DNA of 53,298 nucleotides, counting the filler, from Jimgerdemannia flammicorona (taxonomy: Eukaryota), in assembly GCA_003990765.1 (NCBI GenBank). It is 2 parts of 2 records of this genome, joined end to end, with 100 filler letters (N's around TTAATTAATTAA, not from the genome) between each part and the next. Parts side by side here need not be neighbours in the genome. Positions count along the whole stretch, not along the records: positions 1 to 26,601 come from RBNJ01000714.1; 1 more part is not named here. One strand, 5' to 3'. The notes beneath the pieces were generated by a model that saw only the letters and a list, made by a program, of their open reading frames with translations, was not told the DNA's origin and did no database searches. Numbering within the stretch: the stretch's first letter is position 1; the number at the start of each line of letters is the position of its first letter. Both the position numbers and the translations under genes were made by a program. This document shows, piece after piece, positions 12,484 to 25,439 of this stretch.

Positions 12484-12559
12484 TTTGTTTTTATTTTTAT
12501 TAAAAATAGTAGCTTAGATAGCTTATTTATATGTTTTTAATGCTAGGCCAACAATCAAC

Positions 12560-13095
12560 CCCTGAGAGCTTCATAAGCAAGCCCCAAGCTTCAAATATGG
12601 CTTATAATATTCAAAGCTCTCAGGGCTTGCTTATTGGCTAACATTAATTATATCACCACAGCTTATGAAGCTCTCAGCACCATCTTCTAGCTTGCTTATA
12701 CTCTTGGCACTATATTTGAAGCTCTTGGAGCTCACTTATTAATTGTATCACCACAGCTCTCAGTACCATCTTCTGGCTTATGCTCTTAGTACCATATTTG
12801 AAGCTCTCAGGACTTGCTCATTAATTGTATCACTATGGCTCTTGGCAAGTCCATATAGTGGTGGGTATACTGGTCTGTAGTGGTGGTGGGTATACTGGCT
12901 ATAGTGGATTTGGCAATGGGTTTGGTAGACTGAGACTGGGTAACTGTATATGGTTTGGTCAGAAGTGAGTCCTAAGAGCTTCAAATAATGCAATTAATGC
13001 CAGCCAATGAGTGAGCACTGAGCTTTGAATATAGTGCTATGATGTAATTAATACCTGTTGATAATAAGTAAACTGAGAGCTTTGAATATAGCAGT
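12560..13095. repeat. Direct and inverted ~50-80 bp repeats inside the hAT
   Basis: ATATTTGAAGCTCT..CTTGCTCATTAATTGTATCAC recurs at ~12608, 12713 and 12795; the inverted form GAGCTTTGAATATAG is at ~12586, 12976, 13021 and 13076. Confidence 0.7.
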
Positions 13096-13189
13096 ATGTG
13101 TATTAGAAATATTATGATATATGAATATATTTAGTTAGTTGAGATTAAACTATATTTTGACTATATTTCTAGATTTCAAAATTGGCCAG

Positions 13190-15380
13190 CTTATTGCTAT
13201 ACCTTTAAACACATATATTCATGAAGGGTTTCGGGGTCTAAAGCACCTCTTTTAGGTACCACGAGATCTTTACCTCTTGAAAAAACTCTCTCTATGAGTG
13301 CACTTGTTGCTGGGATAGCTAAATAGTTATATGCCATTTTTGCTAGATTTGGGTAATCTCTGCTATAGCCCTAATGTTTCCAATAAATTAAATTAAATTA
13401 GAGAAACTTAAATAATATTTTGAATTGGATCTATAATATTTTGAATTAGACCAACTTACTTACTATCAAGACAATATATCAACTTCTGGTTGAAATTTAA
13501 CAGTTTTACTTTTTAAATAATTATCTAACTCCTCTTCAGGATTTGTCATCAGTTTTTGTCTTTTGTTGTATATATATTCAGATAGCTCAGCAATGTCATC
13601 AACATTGATATCATCTTCTATTTCAGTATGATCTTCAGAACTTGTATGATAAACTGATAGAGAGGCATAGTTATTATTATAGACTGTATGAATAGTTTTT
13701 TCAGCCATATCAATCCAAATGGTTTCCCAATTGTGGTTTGAATAATATTGTAGTTTAAGTCTGAGATCAAGAACTGGTTCTCATTCAAAGAATAAAATAA
13801 ATTTTGATATGAATTTATAGTTCAAAATTTCAAAATAGTCTTCAGCAACAAGCAAATTTCGAAATATTTACTTACCAGTACCAATATAATAAATTGGATG
13901 ATCTGTCATTGAATAGTATTTCTTCAACTTATCAATAGCTGCTATTAGTGCCTGTTGAATGAGAGTATTCAGCTCTTTAGTTTCTTCTAGTTCTGCTGTA
14001 CAATTTCGAATTACTTGGTCATTATCCTTCAATATATCCAGTAGAAAGTTGTAAATCAGAATAGTAGAATAAATTGTTAGATATTTTTGCCAAGTTGCAA
14101 GATCTGTTATACATTGAAAATTCTTTAACATCAAAATAATATCTTTTAGCAACTGTCAAGTACAATCTCCAATAGCATATTGTTGTAAATCTTTATCAGC
14201 TATAACTATTGAATTTAAGAACTATTAATAAAAATTAATTCATTAGATTAGACTCAGATACAATGGACCCATGTCACCCAATAAATTAAATATAATTAAA
14301 TATAATTACCTCTGATAATTTGATGGCCCATTCAATCATTGAATATGTTGAGTTTTATTAAGTCTTAACATCCAAAATAAGTTCCTTTAGATTGTTGATT
14401 TCATAGGCTTTATATTGTGCAATAAATCTCTCATGATGCTGTAGTGATGACTAGATCTTAATGATGTTCATTTGAAGACTTGAAATCATTTCTCCATTAT
14501 CATCAGCCTTCAGATATATTAAAAAGACTTGAACAGTCAGATTAATAATATGAGTCATACAGCATACATATTGTATTGACTGATAGTTGAGGTTATAATC
14601 AAACTCTATTCTAATTGTTTGAAAAAAATATTGTTATTAGATGCATTATCTGTTATTTTAGTCAATATCTAGAGTGAAAAATCAATAATTTGAAATGTAA
14701 GATAACTGTTTTTTGAAAACCCAACCTTTTTCAAAATTCAAAAAAAACAACCTTTTTCAAAAATCTGACCTTTTGACCTTTTTTGAAAACCTGACCTTTT
14801 CAAAAACCTCTTTTAAAAGGTTCACTCACTCTTTACATATCTTTGTCTGTATACCAAAATCTCGAATATAGCTCCCAAAAGCACTAGCAAGATTTTTGCC
14901 AGAATGAGATCCTTATAGCTTAATAAAATCAATCAATATACAATTGAATTACCAATTTTGACAAATTCAATATGCATTAATTCCAATAAATGCATGTATA
15001 TTCAGTGATGTTCATGTGTCAACAGTGAAGGATATTTGACCTGATATATTCTATTTTGAAATAAATTAAATCAAAATGAGATTAATTTAAAATATTGAAA
15101 TTAGTATTCAAAGTTAAATATTAAATCTTACCTGTAGTGTAATTTTGACAGCATCATGATTCTGTTGAAAGGCCAGTTTAATTTCACTTTATATAGTTCT
15201 AGCAGAAGAAATAGTAATATTCAGTTTCAGAAGACAAAAAACATCTCTCAGCTCCAAATTCTCAACAACTGTAAAAGGCTGACTATCATGAATAATCCAG
15301 TGAACAAGCATATCTTGAAATAATTTTGTAGAAAATCTTGGCTATTTAATATAAAAGAAAAATAGCAATAAATTAATAAG

Positions 15381-15437
<57 letters not shown>

Positions 15438-15744
15438 ATACTTTTGAGAAAAATGATTCTATCACTCCTGCTTGACAACTTTTGTGAAATTTGTTGAAAT
15501 GTGCCCATAGATTTGTTGTAGAGCCACCAATAAACTTATCTGTTATTTTACAGTGATTACATTTAACTCTGGTGATGTCTCCATTCTCTATATACTCTTT
15601 TGTAAACTCTTTCCAAATGCTAGAGTATTCTTTTGCTTTTGCTTTTCCTTTCTTGGACTGTTGTATTGAGACTACACTTGTCATAGCTATGCTTGTTGAA
15701 GCTGTATCTGATACTGAAGCTGTTATCATCACAGTATCCACCAT
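13190..15744 (-). pseudogene. hAT transposase, about 6 GT-AG introns, stops present
   Basis: BED finger SSIWKEF..CNHC..GGSTTNLWAHFNKFH; WIIHDSQPFTVVE; ISFTVDT; IDFIK..SHSGKNLA; TDNASNN; CMTHIINL; LILDVKT; dimerization domain YPNLAKMAYNYLAIPATSALIERVFS. Introns include 15441-15342 (GTATGG..T55..TAG) and donors near 15132, 14830, 14310, 13872 and 13460. Confidence 0.93.
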
Positions 15745-16493
15745 AAGTGGTACTGTAAAAGACGTGTCTAATATGTTTGATTGTGATATACTTGATTGTA
15801 TATATTGTTGTAAGTTGTATCACATGTGAGTTTTAAATTACCATATTTAGTTTTGAATTTTGAATTGAATTCAAAATTCAAACTTCAATTCAAATTGTGA
15901 CTTGATTTTATTCGATTTGATAAAGATTATTAAATTTGGACATATTTTCATTGAGTAATTGAATTTTAAAAATTTAGGTTCAAATTGAAATTTGAATTGA
16001 ATTAGACCTTGATTCAAACCAAACCAAACCAAACTAGACCTCAATTCGAATTGATTCAAATCGAATTGGGCCTCAATTCAATTCAAAGTTTTCAAATTAA
16101 ATCAAATTTAGGTTCAATTTGATTCAATTCAATTCATTGGGAGCACTACTCTCAGTATCCAGATACTACTAGAATATTCTTGTCTTTTCTCAGTACCAAG
16201 TATCTTATATTAGCTAGTTATAGAACCTTTTGGATCATTGTAGAATTATATTAATTAGCTTTCCCAAGAACCTATTTCTTAACATTTCTCTTTCTTTCTA
16301 AGATCCTTCCAGATCTTTCTTTCAGATCATGTATAAATATTCTTATTCTCTGCCTGAATAAAGCTCAGAATATTTTCTCATAGAAATCCTTCAAGAATAC
16401 TTAAATCTTTAAGTATCTCTTTGAGCTACTTTAGGTCAACTAGAACTTTCAGATTTAGCTACTTCTTCTTAAAGAAACTAGAACCATTATACT

Positions 16494-16505
16494 TGATAGC
16501 AGTGG
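16494..16505 (+). promoter_or_regulatory. Putative primer-binding site of B2 (initiator-Met-like, decayed)
   Basis: TGATAGCAGTGG 2 nt after the LTR end; one G>A change from TGGTAGCAG.., the pattern complementary to an initiator tRNA-Met 3' end. Confidence 0.5.
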
Positions 16506-16539
16506 TGTTATTATACCTTGCCTTATTAAGAAACTCTAT

Positions 16540-19500
16540 ACAAATTCAGAAACCAGTTACAACTAGTTACATAAACCTGAAATGAGCCACAAAGAGTCAG
16601 TCTACCAGCTAGACCCCTCTACTATAAGAGAAGTAAAAGAACTATAAGTCAGTATAGAGGACATAATTATCTCTATAACCCATCAAATCTAAGTACTTCA
16701 AGTACAACTAGACTAGCAGAAAATAAGAACTGCAAGTATATCACATCCTACTATAGTATAAGTTAGTTTCAAGCCACTCAAGCTAGATATCTTTAATAGT
16801 TACTGAGGAGGACTATTTATAGATGTATAGATCTTCTAATTTGACCAATACTTCAAGCTTATAAGAATAAAAGAAAATATGTAAGTCCAATTTACTGCCA
16901 CACTTCTCTGAGAAAATGTAGCTATTTGGTGATACAATCATATTATAACTACATCTATGTACTCAAATATACAAATCAAAGATTGAGAAGTTTTCAAAAG
17001 AGGCCTTTACAAGTATTTCAAGTCTGCTAATACTACTAAGCTAGTCAGAGACAAGCTAGCAAACATCAAGCAACTTAAGTCTATACAAAGCTATAATATA
17101 CAATTTCTGTCAATCTTACTCAAACTACCAGCAATAGCTGAAGATGAAAAGATAGACTACTATATCTAAGGTCTAAAGGAAAATATATAAGTCAAGGTCA
17201 AGCTAGAAGAGTCACAAAGTCTTGATAAAGCTATGAGAATTACTGATAGATTTGATGTCATTACTTTTGGTAACTGCTTTGAATCAGAATACTGCAAAAA
17301 GAACTACTTTAAGAACCACTACAGAAACCAACTAAGGATAGTTGGCTTAGTACTAATAGATTTAGACACTATAAATAAAAAGAGTACCAAGCTTATCTCT
17401 GAAGAAAAGAACTGTCTGAAGAAATCTGGAATCTGTTTCTTCTGTCACCAAATAGGACATATCATAACCAAATATCTTAAGAAGACTAGTAAATCTTCTA
17501 GACCAGTCACTGTATTGTCCAAAGATATATCTGTCAATTCTATTATCAGTTAATCTAAGCTTAAGATCAAAAAGCTTCACTTGAAGGCCTAGGTCTCTCA
17601 ATATCAAATAGAAAGAGCCATTGGTCCTGACCTATACTCTGTCAAACAAGTCACTATTTCAGCCAAGAGCCAAACTCTAGTGCCTACTGGAATTGTAGTC
17701 CAATGTCCTGAAGGACTTTATGTCAGAATTGTATCATGATCAGGACTCAGTATCAAATATTATTTAGATATAGATACTGATGTTATTGATCCAGACTTTC
17801 AAGAACAAGTTTAAGTTCTGCTTATCAATCAAAAGAATCAAGACTATACAGTCAAGGAAGGAGACCAAGTCACATAAATGATCCTAGAAAAAGCCAGTCA
17901 ACCCAAGATTATAGAAGTCCAAGAACTCTCTGAAATCAAATGAGACTAAAAAGGTTTTGGTAGTACTGATCAAGCAGCAAGTCTTACTGAAAATCAAGCT
18001 CAAGCTATACTCATTTTCAAAGGTCTAGTCAATAGAAAAGAAGTTCAAATACTTATAGACAGTAGAGCTATAGAGAACTTCATCAATCAGAACCTCATCA
18101 AAAGTCTCAAGATTCTTACCAAGCCTATATCTAAAAATAATAGTATAGTTACTGCAGATGGTACACTGTACCCCATTGAGTCAATTACTGCCAAACTATC
18201 CATCAAGATCCAGAAATATTGGGAATGAGTAGACCTTGAGATTATATTACTAAGTGATCATGATATGATCCTAGGAAAATCCTGGCTTATGAAATATAAT
18301 CCAGACATTGATTGGTATAAGAATGAAGTTACCTTACTTTAAGATAGAGTCAATATCACTATTAAGATAGACAAGATTATGAGTAAGACCCAGATTGTAA
18401 TACTATCAGCCATATAGTACTCAAGAAGGCAATATATGTCTTTGTTGCAATAGTCTATCTCAAGAAATAAGACCAGAAACTATCAGTCAATGAAAGCATC
18501 AAGTTACTACTAGAAGAATTCAAGGATGTCTTTCCAGATAAGCTATCTGGTCTACTACCTATAAGAGAAGTTGATTATAAAATTGAACTGACTCCAGAAG
18601 CTATATCACTCAAGAAATATATATACTACATATTATTACTTGAAATTGAAACAGTTAAGAAGGAACTAGAAGAACTACTTATATTAGGAGCCATTCAGCC
18701 AAGTAAATCTCCTTATGGCTCACCAGTCTTATTTATTAAAAATAAGGATAGTACTCTGTAAATATATATAGACTACTATATACTCAATAAGCTTACTATC
18801 AAGAACTACTATCTGTTACTCTTAATTGATCAAATCTTTGATACTCTCAAGAATGCCAAGTATTTCACCAAGTTGGACCTTATATCAGAATACTATCAGA
18901 TCTGAATCAAGCCAGAAGATATTCCCAAGACTGTGTTTATGACCCCCTTTAGACTTTATGAATTCCTGGTCTTAGAATTTAATCTCACCAATACACCTAT
19001 TATATTCCAGACCTTGATGAATAAGATATTTAAGAACTAACTATTTATTTTTCTGTTGGTATATCTTAACAATATTCTGATATTTAGTACAACTAAAGAA
19101 GAATACCTTGAACATATTTGAATAGTTCTGGAGATTCTGTGAAAATATAAGCTTTATACTAAGCACAAGAAGTGTGAGTTCTTCAAGGAACAAGTCAAAT
19201 ATCTTGGCCACATTGTCTCTATATAAGGAATTCAAGTAGACCTACATAAGATAGAGGCAATTCAATAATAGCCTATTCCATCAAACCTTATAGAACTCTG
19301 ATCCTTCCTCAGTCTAACTGGTTACTATCATTGCTTTATCAGAAACTTCTCTGATATTACTGAGCCACTGACTAATCTCATAAGGAAGGCTCTATACTCA
19401 GATCACTATATACTCTATACCTGGGACCTCTTCTATTAACAAGCTTTCTAAGAACTCAAGAACTATCTAACTTATGCTCCAGTCTTGTATAATGTAGATC

Positions 19501-21361
19501 AAAGTCTAAAATTCATAGTTACCACTGATGTGTTGAATTTTACCATTAGAGTAGTCCTGTCATAAGATGATGGCAAAGAATATCACTTTATTACTTTTGA
19601 GTCCTACAAGCTAGCTCTGGCTAAACAAAAGCTAGCTACCTATAAAAAAGAACTATTAGCAATAATATATGCACTAGACTACTGGTAATACTACTTAGAA
19701 GATATTGAGTTTGATATTATTACTGACTATTAATCTCTTAAGTATATTAACATCCAATCTACTCTATCATATTTATAAGCTAAGTAGAGCCTCAAGCTTC
19801 AAACCTTTAACCTGACAATCATCTATAAGCCTAACAAGATACTTATAATACCAGATACCTTATTGAGACATCTAGACCTTACTCTAATTATGTAAGTCAC
19901 CTTGGTATTAGAATTTTTAGACCAAATCAGACAAGCTTACAAAGAAGATATAGTCACTACTAGAGTTTTCTTAAATAAGCTCAAGGATATATATATACTA
20001 TTACAAACAATCTGATCTATCATTAAGACTAAGTCTATCTACCTAAAAATATAAATCTATATTATAAGGTTTTGTAAGAACACTATGACTCCTCTCTCAC
20101 TGACTACCTTATAATTGAGAAGACTGTTAAGAACATCCAATACCACTACTATTGACCAAGTATGGTTAAGGAAATCAAGAACTATGTTGCTAGCTGTGAT
20201 CTATGTCAGTGTAACAAGTCTACCAACTAAGTACTAGTCAGTTTGCTATAACTATTGCTAATTTCTATCAAGAAATTCAAGTAAGTTACAATGGACTTTA
20301 TAACTCAACTACTATAAACTCAATCTGGTACTGATGCTATCATTATATTCATTGATCACCTGACTAAGACTATGGTTACTGAACTAACTACTACTAATAC
20401 TACTATACTTGAGATTGTAAGAATCTTCCTCAAGTCTATCTTCTGTCACTATGGCTTATTATGAGTAATTGTCAGTAATTGTGACCCCAAGTTTATTAGT
20501 TACTTCTAGCAAACTCTCTTTAAGATCCTGAGAACTCAATTAGCTATATCTACTATCTTTCACCCACAAACTGATAGACAAACTGAGTGCATAAACAGAA
20601 CTCTAGAATAGATACTTAGAAACTATATTTCTTATAAGCAAGATAATTGAGACCACTATCTAACTTATACAGAGTTTATATATAATAATGCTGTCCAATC
20701 ATCTACTGGTCTTTCTCCTTTTCAGTTACTCTATGGTCAAGATCCAAAGATCTCTGTAAGTCTAGTCTCTTTTAAGAAAAACAGTCAAATATAAGTCTCT
20801 ACTGCTAAGAGCCTTACAGACAAAATGAATGAACTACTCAAGATTGCCACTGTAAATCTTCAAAAAGCCCAACAGTATTAAGCCAAGTATGCTGATAAGA
20901 AATATCATGATATCATCTACACTGTTGGAGATTAAGTCATACTATCTACTGAGAATCTCAAGATATAATCTCAAGTCAACCACTTATTGAATAAGTTCCA
21001 ACCTAAATATATTAGACCTTTTGAGATTATTGAATAAGTCTCTGTATCCTCCTACTACCTCAAGCTACCTGAAACCATGAGAGTACACTCAGTCTTTTAT
21101 GTATATATCACACCTCAAGATCTGGAACCAGTTATTGCCCTACTCTGGTCAAATTCCTAAGCCATTTATCCCTATGATTATTGAAGACTATATTGAGTAT
21201 GAAGCTAAGAAAATCCTTAAAAAATGAATCTATTATCACCATTCTGAATACCTAGTTAAGTGGTTAGGCTACTCTGAATATGATGCTATCTAGGAACTAC
21301 TGATCAATCTCAAGAACTGTCAAGATCTAGTTCAAGACTTCAAGGTAAAATATATTGTCTA
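16540..21361 (+). pseudogene. gag-dut-pro-pol of B2, many stops
   Basis: Gag knuckle GICFFCHQIGH (~17430); dUTPase 17557-17970; protease ILIDSRA (~18050); RT SPYGSPVLF, FTKLDL, IPKTVF; RNase H VTTDV; integrase MDF, SNCDPKF, FHPQTDRQTE; chromodomain EYLVKWLGY (~21245). Confidence 0.9.
17557..17970 (+). pseudogene. dUTPase domain between NC and protease (family B)
   Basis: KLKIKKLH...IGPDLYS...LVPTGIVVQCPEGLYVRIVS*SGLS...VIDPDFQ...VLLINQ...VKEGDQV...KGFGSTD; the same domain is in B1 at ~24132-24535(-). Confidence 0.9.
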
Positions 21362-24300
21362 ATCTCTGTAGTAACTTTCTTATATTATTGATAACCTATA
21401 GTAATAACCAGTGCCTTATGCATTGGAAGTTTATTTTGGGACCCCAGAACTAGCAGAATATTTAATGAATAAGAAGTCTACTGAAATGAAGCTACTAGCT
21501 AAGTTCAAACATTAGTCTAATAATAGGCCCTCTGCTCTATATAAGGATGGCTAATCCCCACCAATATGTTAATATAAGTTTGAGAAATTTTGGTTAAGTA
21601 TATATAGTCTTATATTACCTAAAAACTCAATAAAAATATTAGTTCTTAAGGAGGGAGGGATGTAACAATTTCACAGTCATATTTAGTTTTAATATATTTT
21701 TATATCTTTTAGTTAGTTTTTCTTATCATTTCTTAAATATTCTACTATATTCCAATACTTTCTACTTGCTTGGAAATCTCCTCTCAGTATCCAGACACTA
21801 CTAGAACATTCTTATCTTTTCTCAGTACTAAGCATCTTATCTTAGCTAGTTATAGAATCTTTTGGAATATTATAGAATTATATTAGTCAGTTTTGTCAAG
21901 AATCTATTTCTTGATATTTCTCTTTCTTTCTAAGATCCTTCCAGATCTTTCTTTCAGATCATATATAAATATCCTTATTCTTTACCTAAATAAAGCTTAG
22001 AATATTTTCTCTCAGAAATTCTGTATCTCTTTGAGCTACTTTAGATCAACTAGAACTTCCAGATTTAGCTACTTTCTCTTAAAGAAACTAGAACTATTAT
22101 AGACTTTGTTTTGATAGTATATATATTCTTGAGCTTATTTGAAAAAATTCTAGTAGTAATAGTATCTTCTTTAAAAATTCTAATACTAGGGTAACTTATA
22201 TAATTGTGGTGAGGTCTAAATATCTAAATAAGACATCTGATACTATAAGTGTTTTGTCAGACTTATAAGTGATTATTAGATTGAAAGTTTGAAGCTTTAG
22301 GCTTCACTTAGCTTGCAGATATAATATAGTAGGTTGAGTATTAATATATTTGAGTGATTGATAGTCAGGAATGATATCAAACTCAATATCTTCTAGATAA
22401 TATTGCTAGTAATCTAGTATATATATTATTGCCAGTAGCTTCTTCTTATGAGTGGCTAGCTTTTATTTAGCTAGAGATAACTTGTGAAACTTAAAAGTAA
22501 TAGAGCAGTATTCTTTATCATTATCTTGTAACAGAACTACTCTAATGGAAAAATTTGATATATTAGTAATAATAGTAAATTTCAGACTTAGATCTACATT
22601 GTGCAGAACTGGAGTATAGATTAGGCAGTTCTTGAGTTCTTAAAAAGCTTGTTGACAAAAGAGATTCTAAGTATAGGGCATATAGTAATCAGAGTTAGAG
22701 GCCTTCTTTATGAGATTAGTCAGTAGCTCAATAATATCAGAGAAGTTTCTAACAAAGCAATAGTAGTAGCCAGCTAGACTAAGAAAGGACTAGAGTTCTA
22801 TAAGATTTAATGAAATAGGCTATTCTTAAATTATTTCTATCTTATATAAATATACTTAAATTTCTTGTATAGAGATAATATAGCTAAGATATTCAACTTA
22901 TTCTTTGAAGAATTCATATTTCTTAAACTTTATATATAGTTTATATTTTTGTAAGATCTTCAGAACTACTTAGATATACTTGAGGTATTCTTCTTTAGTT
23001 GTACTAAAGATCAGAATGTTATTAAGATATATCAATAAGAAGATAAATAGTTAGTCCTGAAATATCTTATTCATAAATGTCTGGAATATAGTAGATATAT
23101 TAATAAGATCAAATGTTAGGACTAGAAATTCATAGAGTCTAAAGGGAGTCATAAATACAGTCTTAAGAATATCTTTGAGCTTAATTCAGATTTAGTAGTA
23201 CATAACTTGACATGTGATCCAGCTTGATGAAGTACTTGGCATTCTTAAGAGTATCAAAATTTTGATCAATTAAGAGTAGCAGATATCAGTTCTTGACTAT
23301 AAGCTTGTTGAATATATGATAGTCTATATATTTACAGAGTACTATTCTTCTTTTTAATAATAGAACTAATAAGCCATAGGAGAAATTGTTTGGTTGAATG
23401 GCTCTTTATACAAATAATTCTTCTAGTTCTTTCTTAACTACTTCAATCTCAAGAGGTAATATATGATATATATATTTCTTGAGTAGTATAGCTCTTGGGA
23501 TCAGTTTAATTTTATAATCAACTTCTCATATAAGAGATAGATCAGATAGCTTGTCTAGAAAGATATCTTTGAATTCTTTAAGCAAGAACTTAATACTTTT
23601 ATTAATTGACAGCTTCTTGTCTTTACTTCTTAGAATAGACTATTATAACAAAGATATGTTCTGCCTTCTTGAGTAATTTTTTATACTATATTACTAATAG
23701 TATTATAATCTGGATTTTGTTCATAGACTTGTCTGTCTTGATAGTAATATTGACTCCTTCTTAAAATAGAGTAACTTTATTCTTATATCAATTAATATTT
23801 GAATTGTATTTGGTGAGTCAGGGTTTTTCTAAAATTAGATCATAATCTTCTAGTAGTATAACTTCAAAATATACTCATTCTCAATATTTCTGAATCTTGA
23901 TGGGTAGTTTGGTGGTAATTAACTTAATAGAATATAGTGTACCATCTGTAGTAACTACACTATCATTCTTGGGTACTGGTTTGGTAAGAATTTTGAGATT
24001 TTTGATAAAGTTCTGGTTGATGAAGTTTTCTATAGCTCTACTGTCTATGAGTACTTGAACTTCTTTTCCTTTGACTAGTTCTTTGAAAATAAGTATAGCT
24101 TGACCTCAGTTTTCAGTAAAACTTACTACTTGATCAGTACTATCAAACTCTTTCTGGTCTCATTTAGTTTCAGATAGTTCTTAGACTTCTGTGACCTTGG
24201 GTTGACTGACTTTTTCTAGAATCATTTGTACAATTGGTCCCCTTTCTTGACTATATAGTCTTAATTCTTTTAGTTGATACATAAGACTTAAACTTGTTCT

Positions 24301-25439
24301 TAATAGTCTGAGTTAATAATACTAGTACTAATATCTAAATGATGTTTGACACTAAGTTCTGATCTTGGTACAATTCTAATATAATATCCTTCAGGACATT
24401 GGACTACAATTCCTGTAAGTACCAGAGTTTGGAATAGTGACTTACTTAATAGAGTATAGGTTAAGGCCAATGGCTTCTTCTGATTGATATTGAGGGATCT
24501 GGACCTTCAGATGAAGCTTCTTGATCTTGAGTTCATATTGACTAATAGTGGAGTTAATAGATATATTTTTGGACAATACAGTAACTAATCTTGAGGGTTT
24601 GCTGGTCTTTTAGAATATTTGATTATAATTTATCCTATTTGATAACAGAAGAAGCAAGCTTCAGATTTCTTTAGATAATCTTTTTCTTCTAGGGTAAGCT
24701 TGGTATTTTTCTTATTCATAGTATCTAGATCTATTAGTACTGAGTCAACTACTTTGGATTGGTTCTTGTAATGATTCTTGAAGTAATTCTTCTTGTAATA
24801 CTCTTGTTCAAAGCAGTTATCAAAGGTGATGATATCAAATCTATCAGCAATTATCATGACTTTATTAAGGGTCTGTGGCTTCTTCAGCTCAACTTTGACT
24901 TATGTGTTTTCTTTCAGACCTTAGATATAGCAATTTATCTTTTTATCTTCAGATATTACTGGTAGTTTAAGTAGAATTGACAGGAATTATATATTGTAAC
25001 TTTGTATAGACTTAAGTTGCTTGATATTTACTAGCTTATCTCAGGCTAGCTTAGTAGTATTAGCAGGTTTAAACTGCTTATAGAGGACCTCCTTGAAAGA
25101 TACCCAATCTCAGATTCTTATATTTAAATAGGTAAAGATAGTTATGATATAATTGTGCTACCAAATAACTATATTTCCTCAGAGAAGTGTAGTGGTAAAT
25201 TGGACTTATATGTCTTCTTCTATTCTTGTGAGTTTGAAGTATTGGTCCAACTGAAAGATCTATGTATTTATAGTCAGTCCTTCTTGATGACCATTAAAGA
25301 TATCTAGCTTGAGTGGCTTAGAGCTGACTGGTATAGTAGTAGAATGTGATATAGCTATAGTTTTTGTTTTCTGGTAGTCTATTTATACTTGAAGTAGTCA
25401 GATCTGATAGGCTATAGAGATAATCATTTCTGCTCCTAT

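Larger units (their letters stand above)
11592..16148 (-). mobile_element. hAT DNA transposon, 4557 bp
   Basis: TIRs TAGTGCTCTCAAATGAAT (11592) and ATTCATTGGGAGCACTA (ends 16148); 8-bp TSD CTCTCAGT at 11584-11591 and 16149-16156; subterminal arrays of AAATTGA/TCAAAT/TTCGAA motifs at ~11600-11765 and ~15850-16140. Confidence 0.97.
11463..22101 (+). mobile_element. Chromovirus family B copy B2, full length, heavily mutated, with a hAT nested in its 5' LTR
   Basis: 5' LTR 11463-11591 + 16157-16491; 3' LTR 21661-22101 (TGTAA...ATTATA); 5-bp TSD GACTT at 11458-11462 and 22102-22106; PPT AAGGAGGGAGGGA 21648-21660; PBS-like TGATAGCAGTGG at ~16494. Confidence 0.95.
9541..25430 (-). mobile_element. 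Chromovirus family B copy B1 (target copy, interrupted by B2 at 11463-22106; 5' LTR missing)
   Basis: 9826-11462 and 22107-25430 are the reverse complement of B2 internal sequence (chromodomain, IN, RH, RT, PR, dUTPase ~24132-24535, gag ACFFCYQIG at 24630-24857) and read continuously across the GACTT duplication. PPT at ~9827-9838; 3' LTR starts at 9825 (TTACA on +), matches the B2 LTR for ~160 bp, left end ~9541 tentative. Confidence 0.88.

Noticed and set aside
15381..15435. 55-nt poly(A) as a retro-insertion, and poly-Phe ORFs at 15248-15744
   Set aside because: No TSD or LINE terminus; it lies inside a GT-AG intron (15441-15342) of the hAT transposase, so poly-Phe is intron read-through.
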